Shown: positions 40,051 to 53,950 of the stretch, piece by piece
Numbering within the stretch: position 1 is the first letter of the stretch
How the letters are laid out: each line of letters begins with the position of its first letter
Source: Octopus vulgaris
Taxonomy: Eukaryota
Reading direction: 5' to 3'
Assembly: GCA_951406725.2 (NCBI GenBank)
Contig: OX597819.1
Span: 111,786,001 to 111,850,000, forward strand
Length of the DNA stretch: 64,000 nucleotides
Translations under genes and position numbers: made by a program
Notes under the pieces: model-generated
Database searches by the model: none
What the model saw: the letters and a program-made list of their open reading frames with translations, nothing else
Told to the model about the DNA's origin: nothing

Positions 40051-42141
40051 CCTTCCAGACAAGGCAGAAGAAATAGCTCGACCACGAAGAGGTTTGCACA
40101 TTACTTCGTGAGTTTCTTTCACAGATTTGCAACCATCGAATATATCGAACAGCATTCAACATGTATTTGTAAAGTGATAAATTTATTTATTATTGTGGTG
40201 CATAGAAGACATATTTTATCTGAGAGATGCCATGATTGATTTACATCGACTATCCTATCTGTATTGGCACTTATTCTCATCCATCCCACTTTGTTTGCGT
40301 CATATTTCCGATACGGTTTCGATTCCAAGCTTAGCGTTTAGCCGAGTCTTTACACAGAAGAATACTTTGTATGTATGTATGTATGTATGTATGTATGTAT
40401 GTATGTATGTATGTATGTATGTATGTATGTATGTATGTATGTATGTATGTTTGTACGTGTGTATGTTTGTACGCATGCATGTATGCATGCATGCATGTGT
40501 ATATGTGTGTGTATGTATGTAAGTATGTGTGTATATATGTATGTATGTCTGTACGTATGTTTGAGTCTGTGTATGTGTGTATGTATAGAGAGGGATTCGC
40601 ACGTGCATCAGTATGTGCTTGCGTGTGTATGTGTGTGTGCGTGTGTGTGTGTGTGCGTATGTGTGTGTGTGTGTGCGTGTGTGTGTGCGTGTGTATGTGT
40701 GTATTCGTGTGTACTTGTATGTGTGTAATTCTTTCTACTACATGCACAAAGGCTGAAATTTTAGAGGAGGAACCCGGTCGATCACATCAATTTCAATGTT
40801 CGACTTGTACTTTATTCTGTCAACCCTGAATGGATAAAACACAAAGTCAGCCTCTGCAGAATGTGAACCTACAACGTAGTATTTCTCCCGGCGTGCTAAC
40901 GATTCTGCCAGATCGCCGCCCTTGGTGTATGTGTGTCTAATTGTATAGATTCGTCAATATACATCAGCGAAGAATGTACACATTGGCGAGAAAGCCACGT
41001 CACTAGTGCTTAACGAACGAAGACCTTGCTATATTTGTTCTCCGGCGAGCTACAGACACTCCCTTTCGTCAGAAATGGAGTAAACCAGTGATAGCCATGT
41101 TATAGACCTGTAATCAACGATCACCCATCAGAATTCAATAAAAGAAATATTAAATCGCGGTCTTAGCGTACTCTGAACATATCCTTCGCCTTACAGCACT
41201 CGCCACGTATTTATACACAAATATATCGATTGCTTACTGTGGTGGAAAGACTACATATTTTATAGAAGAGATAATATAGTTGATTAAATCGACCATCGAA
41301 CGCATATATATATGTGTGTTTGTTTGTTTATTTATATGTGCGCGCTAAACAGAATATATATGTGTGCTTAGGAATATGTTTGCGTCTGTATTTTTGAGTG
41401 TGAATGTATATCGACTTGTGAGTGTGTTTGTGCGTATGTAGCTGTTTGTGCTGAGAAGAGTATCGAATATGAGCGCGTATGAGTATACGTAAAAGCCTGT
41501 ATGTTTGTGCGTGTATGTGTATGAATCTGTTTGTGTTTGCGTGTATGCGTGTGTATGAATGAATATACTTTTGTATGCCTGTGTGTTGAGTTGGGAGAAT
41601 ATTTATATCGCCAGTCTTATACAGTACTGCTTGCTGTTGTGATTGCTAGATATTACAGCAAGGCATGAAAATCTATGAAACCATCGGTATAAGAAAGATA
41701 CCATCTACACACAGCTCACTTACACCATTAACACGTACACACATGTGCACACTGAAATAAACACAGTCCGGTGTGCATACGCAGAGACATACACACATGC
41801 CCACACGCGCGTTTACACGTATGTATGTGTGTGTGGTGGGGAGAGGCAGTGAGAAAGATGCGTGACCAAGTGTTTAGGATGTTACAATCACGATCGCTAG
41901 ATCGTGGATTCGCTTCCCGAACAGGGCAGTGTGTTGTGTTCTTGGGCAAAACATTTCATTTCATGTAGTTTTGCGAACATTTCGACGCCTGACGTGGAGC
42001 ACACTTGTGCGCCTTAGCAGGCAAGCACAATTTGGCGGAAAGGATGAGCTCATGCACAGTACAGACATTTGATCACTATAAATAAATTATCTGTGTGGTT
42101 GTTCAGCAAGACATTGCGAAATCATCCGTCTATAGAGCTGA

Positions 42142-42623
42142 TTTAAATGTACCCTGTATTTTATATGAATAATATATAGCCTATTGACTAATTTTTCTAT
42201 ACGCTAGGCCACTGGTAGTAAAAATTTCTAAAACCTTTATTACCCTGATGTTATTAATTATGTATAATGATTTCTGGAAAATTGCTCGAAGAAATTGCCG
42301 ACATTTTTTTGCTGCCGACAAAAACTGCTCTTGCGCGTTGGATTTGAAAAATTGAAGTGTTTAAGCAAGAGGCACATGCTGAACTGACCTCGAGTTTATA
42401 TGTTTAATCTTGGCGTCCCTGTTGACGAAGACTTCGTCTGGCAAATCATTTTATTTGCTAAAAAATGACTGAAACCATGGTCCAGGAAATAGATGGTAAA
42501 TGTTTTTATATTTCATTCCCTTCGAGACTTTATCCTAAATTAGTTGTTTGGACTTTAGCTGTTCCTTCTAGCGTAAAGGAGTCCTATGATGGATACCTCT
42601 TAATATGTTTAAATGTACACTGT

Positions 42624-42632
<9 letters not shown>
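42142..42632 (+). mobile_element. ~466-nt monomer with terminal direct repeat and hammerhead (same family as 1-658)
   Basis: tttaaatgtac(c/a)ctgta(t/c)tttatat at 42142 and 42608; collinear similarity with the 492-nt unit; followed by (TA)n. Confidence 0.75.
42418..42486 (+). ncRNA. Type I hammerhead (C3U variant or lesion)
   Basis: CCTG-TTGACGA-AGAC[hairpin]GACT-GAAA-CCATGG-TC-CAGG; palindromic helix III; GUC triplet. Confidence 0.72.
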
Positions 42633-42654
<22 letters not shown>

Positions 42655-42662
42655 GAAGTACA

Positions 42663-42773
<111 letters not shown>

Positions 42774-43138
42774 GACAGAGACAGGCAAACAGACAGATAG
42801 AGAGGCAGGCAGAGATAATCACTGTATGCACATGTACGCACAGACACACAACCAAATACAAACACATATGAGACACCGGAAAGGATCATCTGCGTTGCAA
42901 TTCTCTTTGGCAGAAATAGCAGCCAAGTCTTCCCCAAAACCACTCAAAATCGTCTTTAAAATGGAAAGCCATTGTGGTAAGTGTAATTTCTAAAAGAAAA
43001 AAGGCGAGATGATCAAAGTTTAAAGATTTTGAATTTGGATCTGTTCGATCTTGGTTGACCTTGCCTAGGGTTAAACAACACTAAATATAACAAACACGAA
43101 CACACATTTAAAAAGAAGCTATAAAGAATTTGTGTTAC

Positions 43139-44624
43139 CTTGGTAACGTCGGCTGATATAAAAGAGATTAGTATCCCGCAGTAAATGATCAACGGAGTAA
43201 GTAGCAACCAGCTGGGTTCGGTCCAAAGCCGAATAGTTGAGGCAAGATCTGTGCTGAAAGAATCTTCATCAGGGTCGAATTTCCGGGATAGGTAGACAGA
43301 GTCTAAGTAGACAGCAATTAGAAGGACGGACATTAGAAGACATATACAGAAAATGGCGACCAACAGGAAGCGAATGTTAGGGCTTATGGTGAAATTGTTG
43401 TGGCTGGGCCATGTGTAATGACAGTATTTTGGCCCACAAATGTCCTCTTGGACGGAAATGAACATTTTACTGTCCACTGTTGCGTTTACCTCGGTTATTG
43501 ATGCTGTTAGTGTTGATGATGATGTTAATGCTGTTGATGATGATGTTGCAGATAATGCTGCTGCTGTTGTTGCTGCTGTAGATGATGAGGATAATGATGA
43601 AGAGGATCTTGTTATCGAATTTGACGGTGATGACGGCGGGGATGATAATGGCAGTGGTGGTGGTGGTACTGATGATGCTGATGCTGATGATGTTGTTACT
43701 GATGCTGCTGCCGTTGAAGATAATGATGATATTGATGATGAAGATGGTGATGGGGAATTTGCGGAGGCTGATACAAAATACGATGTTGATAATGATAACG
43801 ATGATGATGATGATGATGATTGTGGAGTTGATAATAATATTGCTTTTGGTGATAATGATGATGAGGGTGGCGGTGGTGGTGGTGGCACTGATGACGTCAC
43901 AGTAGAAAAGTCCAACGATGGGGCAAGCGGATCATACATGGGTGTGGCGGTTGTCGTCGTTTTGGGCGTGGTTGCGAAACTGGACGGACGATGCTGAGGG
44001 ATGCTGTAGGAACCGCTGTTTATTTGGTAGTTTGTCCAGTTACTGCTATTAAAACTACTACTATTACTACTATTGCTGCTGTCGTTGCCGCTTTTCAGAC
44101 CGGAGTTGTCAATCATCGGGGCGAATTCCATCACCACTGACGTCACCAACGAACCAACAACACGAGCAATGGCATCGAACACAAAAAACATTCCAAAATA
44201 GCGACCGATTGTGGCCTCGCTCGATTTGTTCTGTAACTGCGCTGCCACTTTAGCGATGTGGGTTAGATACGTCCCCAGGGCTGTCCACATAGCAGCCTGG
44301 CTGATCCCAGCGATCGCCGAAGCTGGCACCATAGAATAGAACGACGGGAAAGCGTTGGCCAAGGAAAAGGCGACGTGAAACAAAATGGAAGCGACCAGTG
44401 TAAATTTCGGTCCGAACCGGTGCACAATTGCCGTGGTAAACACACATCCGAAAACGAATCCTCCATAGATACAGGCCAATGAGGTGACGCCGAGACCTTT
44501 TTCGTGGTTTATGCTGCTTTGAAGGTTCCGTAAAGAGATGTAAGCTATACTGAACAACATGTGACCGATACAGACGACCAATAGATTTTTAAACGGGCGC
44601 AATGGATTGGTGTATGATTCACAT
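43139..44624 (-). CDS. UNC-93-like MFS protein, exon 2 (first TM helices, Ser/Thr/Pro-rich loop, to ...SADVTK)
   Basis: ttttcag| acceptor and AAG|gtaaca donor. UNC-93 family motifs: AYISLRNLQSSINHEKGLGVTSLACIY, FGPKFTL, AAMWTALGTYLT, YFGMFF, CGPKYC, LLLTPLIIYCG. Confidence 0.92.
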
Positions 44625-44635
44625 CTGAAAATAAA

Positions 44636-44675
<40 letters not shown>

Positions 44676-44696
44676 TAATTAATTAATTAATTAATT

Positions 44697-45068
44697 CTTT
44701 TATAAGCCACAAGGGCTTACATAAAACAACATTAAAGGATATGCAACAACATAAAAGACTGCACAAGACGAGACAAAGGGTTTTACAGGATTGTAAACAA
44801 TAAAAACAATAAAAATTAAACAATAAAGTCTCCCAGTAGGGAGAGCTGCTTTAAGGTTCTTCGTGGAAAAACCCACAAAAGACACGGGTGCCTGATCAAC
44901 AGGGCAAGAGCCCTTCCCCTTTTATTTCTTCACAGGTGTATGCTCAGAATTGGTCCCTTCACACTGGCCATTCTTCCAACGTTCACCCACCTTTCAACAA
45001 ACTTACTTGAAGGCAACACTTCCCTCTCCACTCTCACTTTCCTCGTCAAGTAAAACTTGAAGAAGTTA
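44697..45068 (-). mobile_element. Tx1/L1 LINE 3' fragment (ORF2 C-terminus plus 3' UTR)
   Basis: NFFKFYLTRKVRVEREVLPSSKFVERWVNVG..., then a T-rich UTR ending gcccttgtggcttataaaagaa; embedded in (TAA)n. Confidence 0.65.
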
Positions 45069-45135
<67 letters not shown>

Positions 45136-45201
45136 TTTGCTGGCTCAGGTGGCCGATTCAGACTGCTTTAATAATAGTAGTAATAATAATAATAACAATG
45201 A

Positions 45202-45295
<94 letters not shown>

Positions 45296-45473
45296 AAGAA
45301 GAAGAAGAAGAAGAAGAAGAAGAAACATTCTCTAGAACAACACTATGTACAGAACCAAATATATGGCACCCTAGGCATAACACCAACATGAACTTCTTAC
45401 TTGTTGTCTCTTGAGATCTTTGGGTGAGACTTCGAGCCAACTTGTACAAAGGCAAAGCAAAAGGCAAACATAA

Positions 45474-45544
<71 letters not shown>

Positions 45545-45559
45545 TAATAATAATGATAC

Positions 45560-45990
45560 TGTGGTAAATAAAGAAATAAAGGAAATCAAGATTATAGATA
45601 TTGAAATACTTGGGGATGCACGCATACGTGACAAAGAACTAGAGAAGACTATATCGTATAGACTACTAAAAGACGAAATTGCAAGAACGTGGAGTATTAG
45701 GAGAGTGCCTATCATTCCAGTAGTTGTAGGGGTACTCGGAGCACTATCAACCAAGTTTGAGAAATATATCAGGGAAATCGGAATTGATATGAGAGCAGAG
45801 CAAATCCCCTCATAACTGCTCTGCTAGTGACAGCTAGTATTTTGAGATTGGTACTTGGGTTCCGAATGTCTTCTACGATAATTAACAACCAATTATCAAA
45901 GCTTATAATGTGCGGAAGGAGACCCTGGGAAACCTCTGACAACAGGTTGCTGTTCGCTCTTACAAAATCTACCAGAGCAAACAAGACCGA
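45560..45990 (+). pseudogene. R4/Dong-like RLE non-LTR 3' fragment in (TAA)n
   Basis: IIDIEILGDARIRDKELEKTISYRLLKDEIARTW...IIPVVVGVLGAL...TALLVTASILRLVL. Confidence 0.8.
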
Positions 45991-46431
45991 GCGCTTCGAG
46001 AAGAAGAAGGAGAAGGAGAAGGAGAAGAAGAAGAAGAAGAAGAAGAAGAAGAAGAAGAAGGAGGAGAAGAAGAAGAAGAAGAAGAAGAAGAAGAAGAAGA
46101 AGAACAACAACAACAACAACAACAACAAGAACAAGGAGAACAAGGAGAAGAAGAAGAACAAGAAGAACAAGAAGAACAAGAACAAGAACAAGGAGAAGAA
46201 GGAGAAGAAGAAGAAGAAGAAGAAGAAGAAGAAGAAGAAGAAGAAGAAGAAGAAGAAGAAGAAGAAGAATGATGATAATGGTGATAATGATGGTTACTAC
46301 CGTCGATTTCGATGTATGCGTGTTTGAAGGAGAGGGTTTAAAAAAAAAGAGCAGAGAGAGAGATGATGATGATGATGGTGGTGGTAGTGGTGGTGGTGGT
46401 GGTGGTGGTGGTGGTGATGAGGATGATAGCT

Positions 46432-47335
46432 TCTTTTATTTGTCACAGGAGCATTATTTGAGAAGGACATCACCAGGACAGTTTAGAATTTGTGAAGGGT
46501 TTGGCATAAAATAATGAAAGAAAGAAAAAGAGAAGAGGCCGAAAGATTATATAAAATGATATGAATGATATAAAATGTAACATACATAGCATGCAAAATA
46601 TGAACACATGGGTGCTGCCGTCCTCCTGATACAGAAGAGCCTCTAATTACGGACAAGAAACCCACAGGCCCAGGTTTACCTTGGCCACTGAGGGCACAAA
46701 CCCTCATACAATTGTTGTTGTACTCCAGTTAACAGACGCATGCTTAGTTCCATTCGTAGTTTCATTCTCCTTAAATCCATTTCTGCTAAAACCCCCCACG
46801 TTTTCACAAATTCACTATGGAAGAGCACTTGTTTCTTTATCTTCATTTTCTTTTCTAAGTGGAACTTGATAAAATCGAAGTGGACTTGATCGTGTCTGCC
46901 CTCAATCTTTTCAACTTCGTTCACCACAGAACATCTTTCATCATAGCCACCAGAGAGAGGAACACTGTTTAACCCGCCTATTTAAAGGTTCTTTTAGTGG
47001 GGTGACATTCACAATTAACTCGGTCGATAGCCGGTTTCATCCTATACGCAACAACAGCCGCTCAAGATAAGTTCATAACTCAGCAATATTCGAACTTTGA
47101 ACGAGTGTGTGCAATACAGTTTCGTCGCTGTGCGCACTTCTAGGATAGTTCCTCCTGACGGCACTTCTGTGCCTCCCAAGTTTATCTCAAAGTAGTAGTC
47201 CGCCTCGGTAGTACCAACAGGCTAAGGATTTTCGATTACTATCTATAGTAGTCCCCGATCCGAAAGTCCTCCTAGTTCATAGTTGTTGACGCCTAGAGTT
47301 TCCCCGTAAACGTCACAACTCATACCCACCACTAG
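46432..47335 (-). mobile_element. Probable deleted Tx1-related element
   Basis: FDFIKFHLEKKMKIKKQVL..SEFVKTW resembles the 44697 ORF2 tail; 3' end gctcctgtgacaaataaaagaa. The 5' boundary is uncertain. Confidence 0.45.
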
Positions 47336-47451
47336 GACTTTATATATTGCTAAAGTGGAACAGACTACAATGTGTCCTAACTGCAGGAAGCCGCGAGCAC
47401 ATGATGAGGATGATCTTTTCGTCTTGGGTTAACTAAATCAGAATATGTACC

Positions 47452-48086
47452 GTTCTTTTATTCTTTTATTTATTTCAGCACCGCCTTTAGTCGAACACAT
47501 CGACCCCAGGACTTATTCTTTGTAAGATTAGTACGTATTCTATCGGTCTCTTTTGCAGAATCGCCAAGTTACGGGGACGTAAACACACCAACATCGGTTT
47601 CAAGCGACGGTGGGGGGACAAACACAGACACATAAACATATATATTCATACATACATACATACATGTACTCATTACTCTTTTACTCTTTTACTTGTTTCA
47701 GTCATTTGACTGTGGCCATGCTGGAGCACCGCCTTTAGTCGAGCAAATCGACCCCAGGACTTATTCTTTGGAAGCCTAGTACTTATTCCATCGGTCTCTT
47801 TTGCCGAACCGCTAAGTTACGGAGACGTAAACACACCAGCATCGGTTGTGAAGCGATGTTGGAGGAACAAACACAGACACACAAACATATACACACACAT
47901 ACATGTATATATATACATATATACGATGGACTTCTTTTAGTTTCCGTCTACCAAATCCACTCACAAGGCTTTGGTCGACCCGAGGCTTTAGTAGAAGACA
48001 GTTGCTCAAGGTGCCACTCAGTGAGACTGAACCTAGAACCATGTGGTTGGTAAGCAAGCTGCTTACCACACAGCCACTCCTACGCC
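47452..48086 (-). mobile_element. SINE family A, full copy plus an extra 3' half
   Basis: Family A reverse complement; further full copies at 49536-49980 and 52131-52550. Confidence 0.85.
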
Positions 48087-50169
48087 TCTGTAAAAATCTG
48101 AAATAAATCAACAAATGAACGAGAAATGAAGACAATGAGGTTAAAGGTATTCTAGTCAATACAACTGACACCCATTGCACGTGGCTATTACGCACAAAAT
48201 AAATTGTTTATATAATATAGGAGAGATACGTAGGCAGAAGGGGGTGAGCGTGTGAGACAAACAAAACTGGGTAGAATGAACTTTGGTTACAAACTAAATA
48301 AAATGAAACAAAAACGAGCCCTGTGAAATCAACGGATACTATATTAGTCACAGCTGGCAGAATCGCTCGCACGCCGGACAAAAATCCTTAGCAACATTTC
48401 CTCCGGCTTGACGTTCTGTGTTTACATGACCCCGAAGTCGACTTTACTTTTCATCTTTTGGAGATTAATAATATAAAATACCTATTTCTTTACTACCCAC
48501 AAGGGGCTAAACACAGAGAGGACAAACAAGGACAGACACACCGATTAAGTCGATTATATCAACCCCCAGTACGTAGCTGGTACTTATTTAATCGACCCCG
48601 AAAGGATGAAAGGCAAAGTCGACCGACCACGGCGGAATTTGAACTCAGAACTTAACGGCAGACGAAATACGGCTACGCATTTCGCCCGGCGTGCTAACGA
48701 TTCTGCCAGCTCGCCGCCTTAATAATATAAAATACCAGCTGAACACTGGGGTCGATATTGTCGACTTGACTATTTCCTTTAAAATTTTTGACCTTTCGCC
48801 AAATTTGAAACTGTTATTATATATGATTATTATCCATAAAATATATTGTTTAAATGATACATGCACTAACAGAAATAGAAGCAAATGATCAGCCGGGTCA
48901 AACAAAACGAAACGAAATTTTGAATACAGCGAAACAAAAGAAAGCAAAAAAATGATTTTCATTAAAGAACTAAAACGAAACAAACTAAAAATAGATCCTA
49001 CACTGTTTAAATGCAAATCATTTATGTTTATGGATAAATCAATCGGCAACAAAGATATAGACGCCTGAGTCAGGATCTATAATGTATTTTACAGCGCAAA
49101 TTTAAATTAAGCAAAAATAACGTGATTCAGATGCGGTATCCTTCCCCAAAAAATGTAAACGCCATACAGAAAGGCGCGTATCTCACTTCCAACATTCAAA
49201 ATAAAAACAAGATTAAAAGAGAATGTTGAAATTAATGAACTATCATATTGAAATATTCCATGCGCATTGCATTGCACATGAGCACTAAAATAGAAAGGTA
49301 TGAGCTATGGAGAAGAAATAAAAAAGGCGATGAAAATGTGACTTCGAACAGACAGGCAAATGTGCAACGATTGATAATAAATGATGACAAGAAGCCTTAT
49401 CTTGAAATAGAATAACACCATAGTGAAAATGTGCGATAAAATTAAAACAGAAGCTACTCTATATAAATAAGACGACATCTCAAACTGATGACAGTTTTAT
49501 AACAGAAACTATCACATACAAAATACCGAGGCCAATACTCTTTTACTCTCTCTTTTACTCTTTTACTTGTTTCAGTCATTTGACAGTGGCCATGCTGGAG
49601 CACCGCCTTTAGTCGAGCATATCGACCCCAGGACTTGAGAGAGTTCAAGCCTAGTACTTATTTTATCGGGATATTTTGCAGAATCGCTAAGTTACGGGGA
49701 CGTAAATACACCAGCATCGCTTGTCAAGTGATGTTGGGGGACAAACACGGACACACAAACATATACACACACATACATATATATACATACATACATATAT
49801 ACATACATACATATATACAGCGGGCTTCTTTCAGTTTCCGTCTACCAAATCCACCCACAAGGCTTTGGTCCGCCCGAGGCTACAGTAGAATACACTTGCC
49901 CAAGGTGCCACGCAGTGGGACTGAATCCGGAGCCATGTGGTTGGTAAGCAAGCTACTAACCACACAGCCACTCCCACGCCTATACCAATAACACACAACC
50001 TTACCACACAGCCACTCCTACACCAATACCAACAAAACTCAACAAAAAGGGAATTATCCGAACTGAAAGTCAGCAATAATTCTAAAAGTTTCTAAAAGCA
50101 GAAAAGACAGTCTGATTTAGCAGCACAGGATCAGTGACTGGACATAAATAATAATAGGAAAATAAAATA

Positions 50170-50570
50170 ATGAAAAAGGAGATGTTATTCCTCTCAAATG
50201 CAGACAATGCAACAAGTAAAATAAATCAATTGACTACATCGTTTCAAACTGCTCAGACCATGTTATGGCTGTGTTAATTCAGAGATACAATCAAGTCAAC
50301 AGTTATGTTCACAGTGGAATATGCTGACACATCAATGTGAAAACTACCAAGAAATGGTATAGTCATGTATTAAACACAATAAATGACAACTTGGTCTCCG
50401 TCATCTAGAAACATGTCTATACAAACTGACAACAAAATCAAGATAAACCGTCTAGATGTGATTATGAAGGACTAGAACAAAAACACCTATAACCTGATAA
50501 ACCATCTCGATCCCTTCTTACTGAGGCATTACCCCGGAGGATATAGGGAACTGTCAAAATATACGAAATT
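50170..50570 (+). pseudogene. Decayed R4/Dong-like CCHC + RLE region
   Basis: KCRQCNK*NKSIDYIVSNC...RYNQVNSYVH..IC*H...KKWYSH...QTDNKIKINRLDVIMKD, with stop codons. Confidence 0.65.
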
Positions 50571-50869
50571 CTAGTAAGGAATAAAATATGGCGGCGAACC
50601 GAACGTGTCGTTAGAGGGTTGGATAGAATATCCCCACTTTATTTGTTCTGATACTTGGCTCTCTGAGTTCAAATATCATCGAGGTAAATTTTGCATTTTA
50701 TCCTCTCTGGATCAATAAAAAAGATTTATCAGAATAAATGCCTTGTGGTATTTATTGCAGCTCTTTGCATTCTGATTTCAAGCTGAGACATAGCCTATTA
50801 AGCGGTAAACATAATCCGTCGTCCACTTTAACACCAAGGCCAAAAGTGTAAGAGGAAAAATGATAGCTG

Positions 50870-51492
50870 GTTGTGTGCAGATCCCTCCAATGTCCCCAGT
50901 GTGATACACACTAAATTTTCAGCAACTGTGATGGTTTGGGGAGGTATAAGTGACAACGATCTTGTCATGCCAACACATCTTTCCACAGACCCTTAAGATT
51001 AACGCTGCTGGATACGTTGAGCTGCTTAAAGCACTTATAAAGCCCTGTCTGGATGAGACATGCAGAAGGCCATACCGGTTTCAACAAGACTCAGCGCCTT
51101 CAGATAAAGTCTACGTAACCCAAGAATGGATCTTAGAAATCTTTACAATCATGCGACACCAAACTTGTGGCCTCTAAACTCGATAGATTTATATTCCATG
51201 GACCACTACGTTTGGAGCTTTGTTGAAAGGGAGATTCCTTGCCATTGATGCTATGCCATTGTCCAGGTGATGGCTAAAATGAAAAGGACCATTTAGTGCA
51301 AGTTTGTCAACGAATCCTGTCTCTCATTGAAGCAATCAACAAAGCTGAAGGCAGATTCATAGAATAATTTTACACGGAAACTTATCGAGAACACGTGCGC
51401 AGATTTACATTAAAATACATCCGGTTTTTGCTAGATTAGATTTATTTTATAGAATTACCAACGACACCCTCAAATACCCGTCACACATTGTA
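50870..51492 (+). pseudogene. Decayed Tc1/mariner (maT-like) transposase and right end
   Basis: TKFSATVMVWGGIS...INAAGYVELL...YRFQQDSAPS...WPLNSIDLYSMDHYVWS, frameshifted. Confidence 0.8.
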
Positions 51493-51726
51493 TGCATATG
51501 TATATATATATATATATATATAAGTAAGATCCAGGGATCGAGGTGTAAGTTGAAAGTTAGCTTCAAGCAATCCGTAGTAAATATTAAAAAAAAACAACTT
51601 TCAGGGACAATATTAGTTTCTTGAGACTGGAGGTTGTGGATTTTTTCCGTATCGAAGTACGATAAGCTGAAAAAAGTTCACGGTAGGCAACAAGAGTTGC
51701 TGGGCGTGCGAATAAGAATACAAGGG

Positions 51727-52039
51727 TTACGGAATGGAGTAGATAAGATCCGGGCCATATATGTTTCACAGCGAGCGGGACCTCGGAAATGGTAAATATC
51801 CAAGTGAGGTGTACACCGCAGGCTATCCTTCAGGCCGAGGATATCTTGATTAAATTAAATTAAAGGTTACATTGTCTGGTTGAATCTTCCAGGCGTTAAC
51901 ATTATAAACTTCATCCAATCAAGATATTCTTGGCCTGAAGAGTAGCTTGCTGAATACACCTCTCTTGGATATTTATCACTTCTGAGGTTCCGCTCACTAT
52001 GACATATGTAGCCCGGATCTTATCTACTCCATTCCGTAA
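51727..52039. mobile_element. Fold-back element (~125-bp arms) with two decayed hammerheads
   Basis: 51727-51851 is inverted at 51917-52039. Plus arm: GGC-CTGAAGA-GTAG..CTAT-GA--CATATG-TA-GCC. Minus arm: GGC-CTGAAGG-ATAG..CTGT-GAAA-CATATA-TG-GCC. Confidence 0.8.
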
Positions 52040-52062
52040 TTCATGCGAACACACACACACAT

Positions 52063-52118
<56 letters not shown>

Positions 52119-52559
52119 TAAATTTCAGGGTACTCTTTTATACTCTTTTACTTGTTTCAGTCATTTGACTTTGGCCGTGCTGGAGCACCGCCTTTAGTCG
52201 AGCAAATCGACCCCAGGACTTATTCTTTGAAAAGCCTAGTATTTATTCTATCGGGCTCTTTTACCGAACCGCTAAGTTACGGAGACGTGAACACACCAGC
52301 ATCGGTTGTCAAGTGATGTTGGGGGGACAAACACAGACACACAAACATATACACACACACATACATATACATATACATATATATATACATATATACGACG
52401 GGCTTCTTTCAGTTTCCGTCTACCAAATCCACTCACAAGGCTTTGGTCAGCCCGAGGCTATAGTAGAATACACACTTGCCCAAGGTGCCACGCAGTGGGA
52501 CTGAACCCGGAACAATGTGGTTTGTAAGCAAGCTACTTACCACACAGCCACAAAATATT

Positions 52560-52823
52560 ATTTAGAAATTTTTTACCACTGTCGCCTAGCCTTTAGAAAA
52601 ACTAGTCAATAGACTATATATTATTCATTATATATACAGTGTACATTTATACACATAAGAGATGGCTATAATTGGACATCTAAACTGCTAGAAGGAGTAG
52701 TTAAAATCAAAACTATAATTAGGGGTAATTTCGAAATTACCTCTACTTGTAGTTTGGATTTTAACTACTCCTTCTAGCGGTTTAGATGTCCGATTAATAC
52801 CATCTCTTATGTGTTTAAATGTA
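52560..52823. mobile_element. Fold-back fragment of the 466/492-nt monomer family (palindrome 52642-52823)
   Basis: Centre ggtaatttCGaaattacc; 52560-52650 is the reverse complement of 42142-42233-like sequence. Confidence 0.75.
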
Positions 52824-52825
52824 GA

Positions 52826-52861
<36 letters not shown>

Positions 52862-52879
52862 ATATCTATACGTACATAA

Positions 52880-52912
<33 letters not shown>

Positions 52913-52981
52913 TATATATACATACATAAATACATATATATATATACATACTCATACATACATATATATACATATATTTAC

Positions 52982-53026
<45 letters not shown>

Positions 53027-53079
53027 GATATACACAGATGTATATGTGGGTATGCGTGTAAATATACGTATGCCTATGC

Positions 53080-53120
<41 letters not shown>

Positions 53121-53918
53121 TATAAATAGAGTGTATATATATATGCACATATACAAGGAGAGAGACACATATGTACAATATTAATATGTGTATATATTTA
53201 TGCATAAATATAGTATGTGCGTATGTGACTGTGTACATTTGTGTGAATAACACAAGCCCCGGTGAAATACAAAAGTCGATTATAGTTGTTTTAATCGATT
53301 CTTCCGAAACAGTGTTTGGACTTTTGCCAAGCAGAAGAATTATTATCACTAAACAAAGAAAGCAACTACCAAATCACATATCTCAAATTCTTATAAAAAC
53401 TAATGACACGTTGAACAAAGTAATCCAAGATATACTTAGGCATGCGCTAAATAATCCCCATATACATTTAAGGCGGCAAATTGGTCGGCACGTTAGAGAT
53501 TAGGACACAATACCTTTAGGTATTTGTTCCTTGTCTCTAGGTTCTGATTTAGAATCCCACTGAGGCCAGCTTTGCTTTTCATTCTTTTGGAGTTGATAAA
53601 GAAAGGTACCAATCCAAGGAGGCAGATTGGCAGATTTGTTTGAATGATGGGCGAGATACCTTGCAGCATCAGTCGTCACTCACTGCATTCTAAGTACCAA
53701 TTCACCCTTTGTCAATGGCAAGCGATAACACTTCCACCAGGAGAAAACTCAGTTGAAACACAATTTACTTGGTATCGATCGGAAAGATCAACTGGCACCA
53801 TCAAAAACCCAATGTCACTACCAAATACGCTACCTTTAAGATAACGTGTTAGCGCTCATTTGTACGTAAACAAATATGCATAAATATAAAAACAAATGTA
53901 TGCTTGTGTATGTGTATG

Positions 53919-53950
<32 letters not shown>

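Noticed and set aside
43440-43997. Asp-rich plus-strand ORF of 185 aa
   Set aside because: Antisense shadow of the Ser-rich UNC-93-like exon.
51727-52039. Transition-rich arm differences as an ADAR editing footprint
   Set aside because: Both A/G and C/T changes occur in both directions, several at CpG; ordinary decay explains them.
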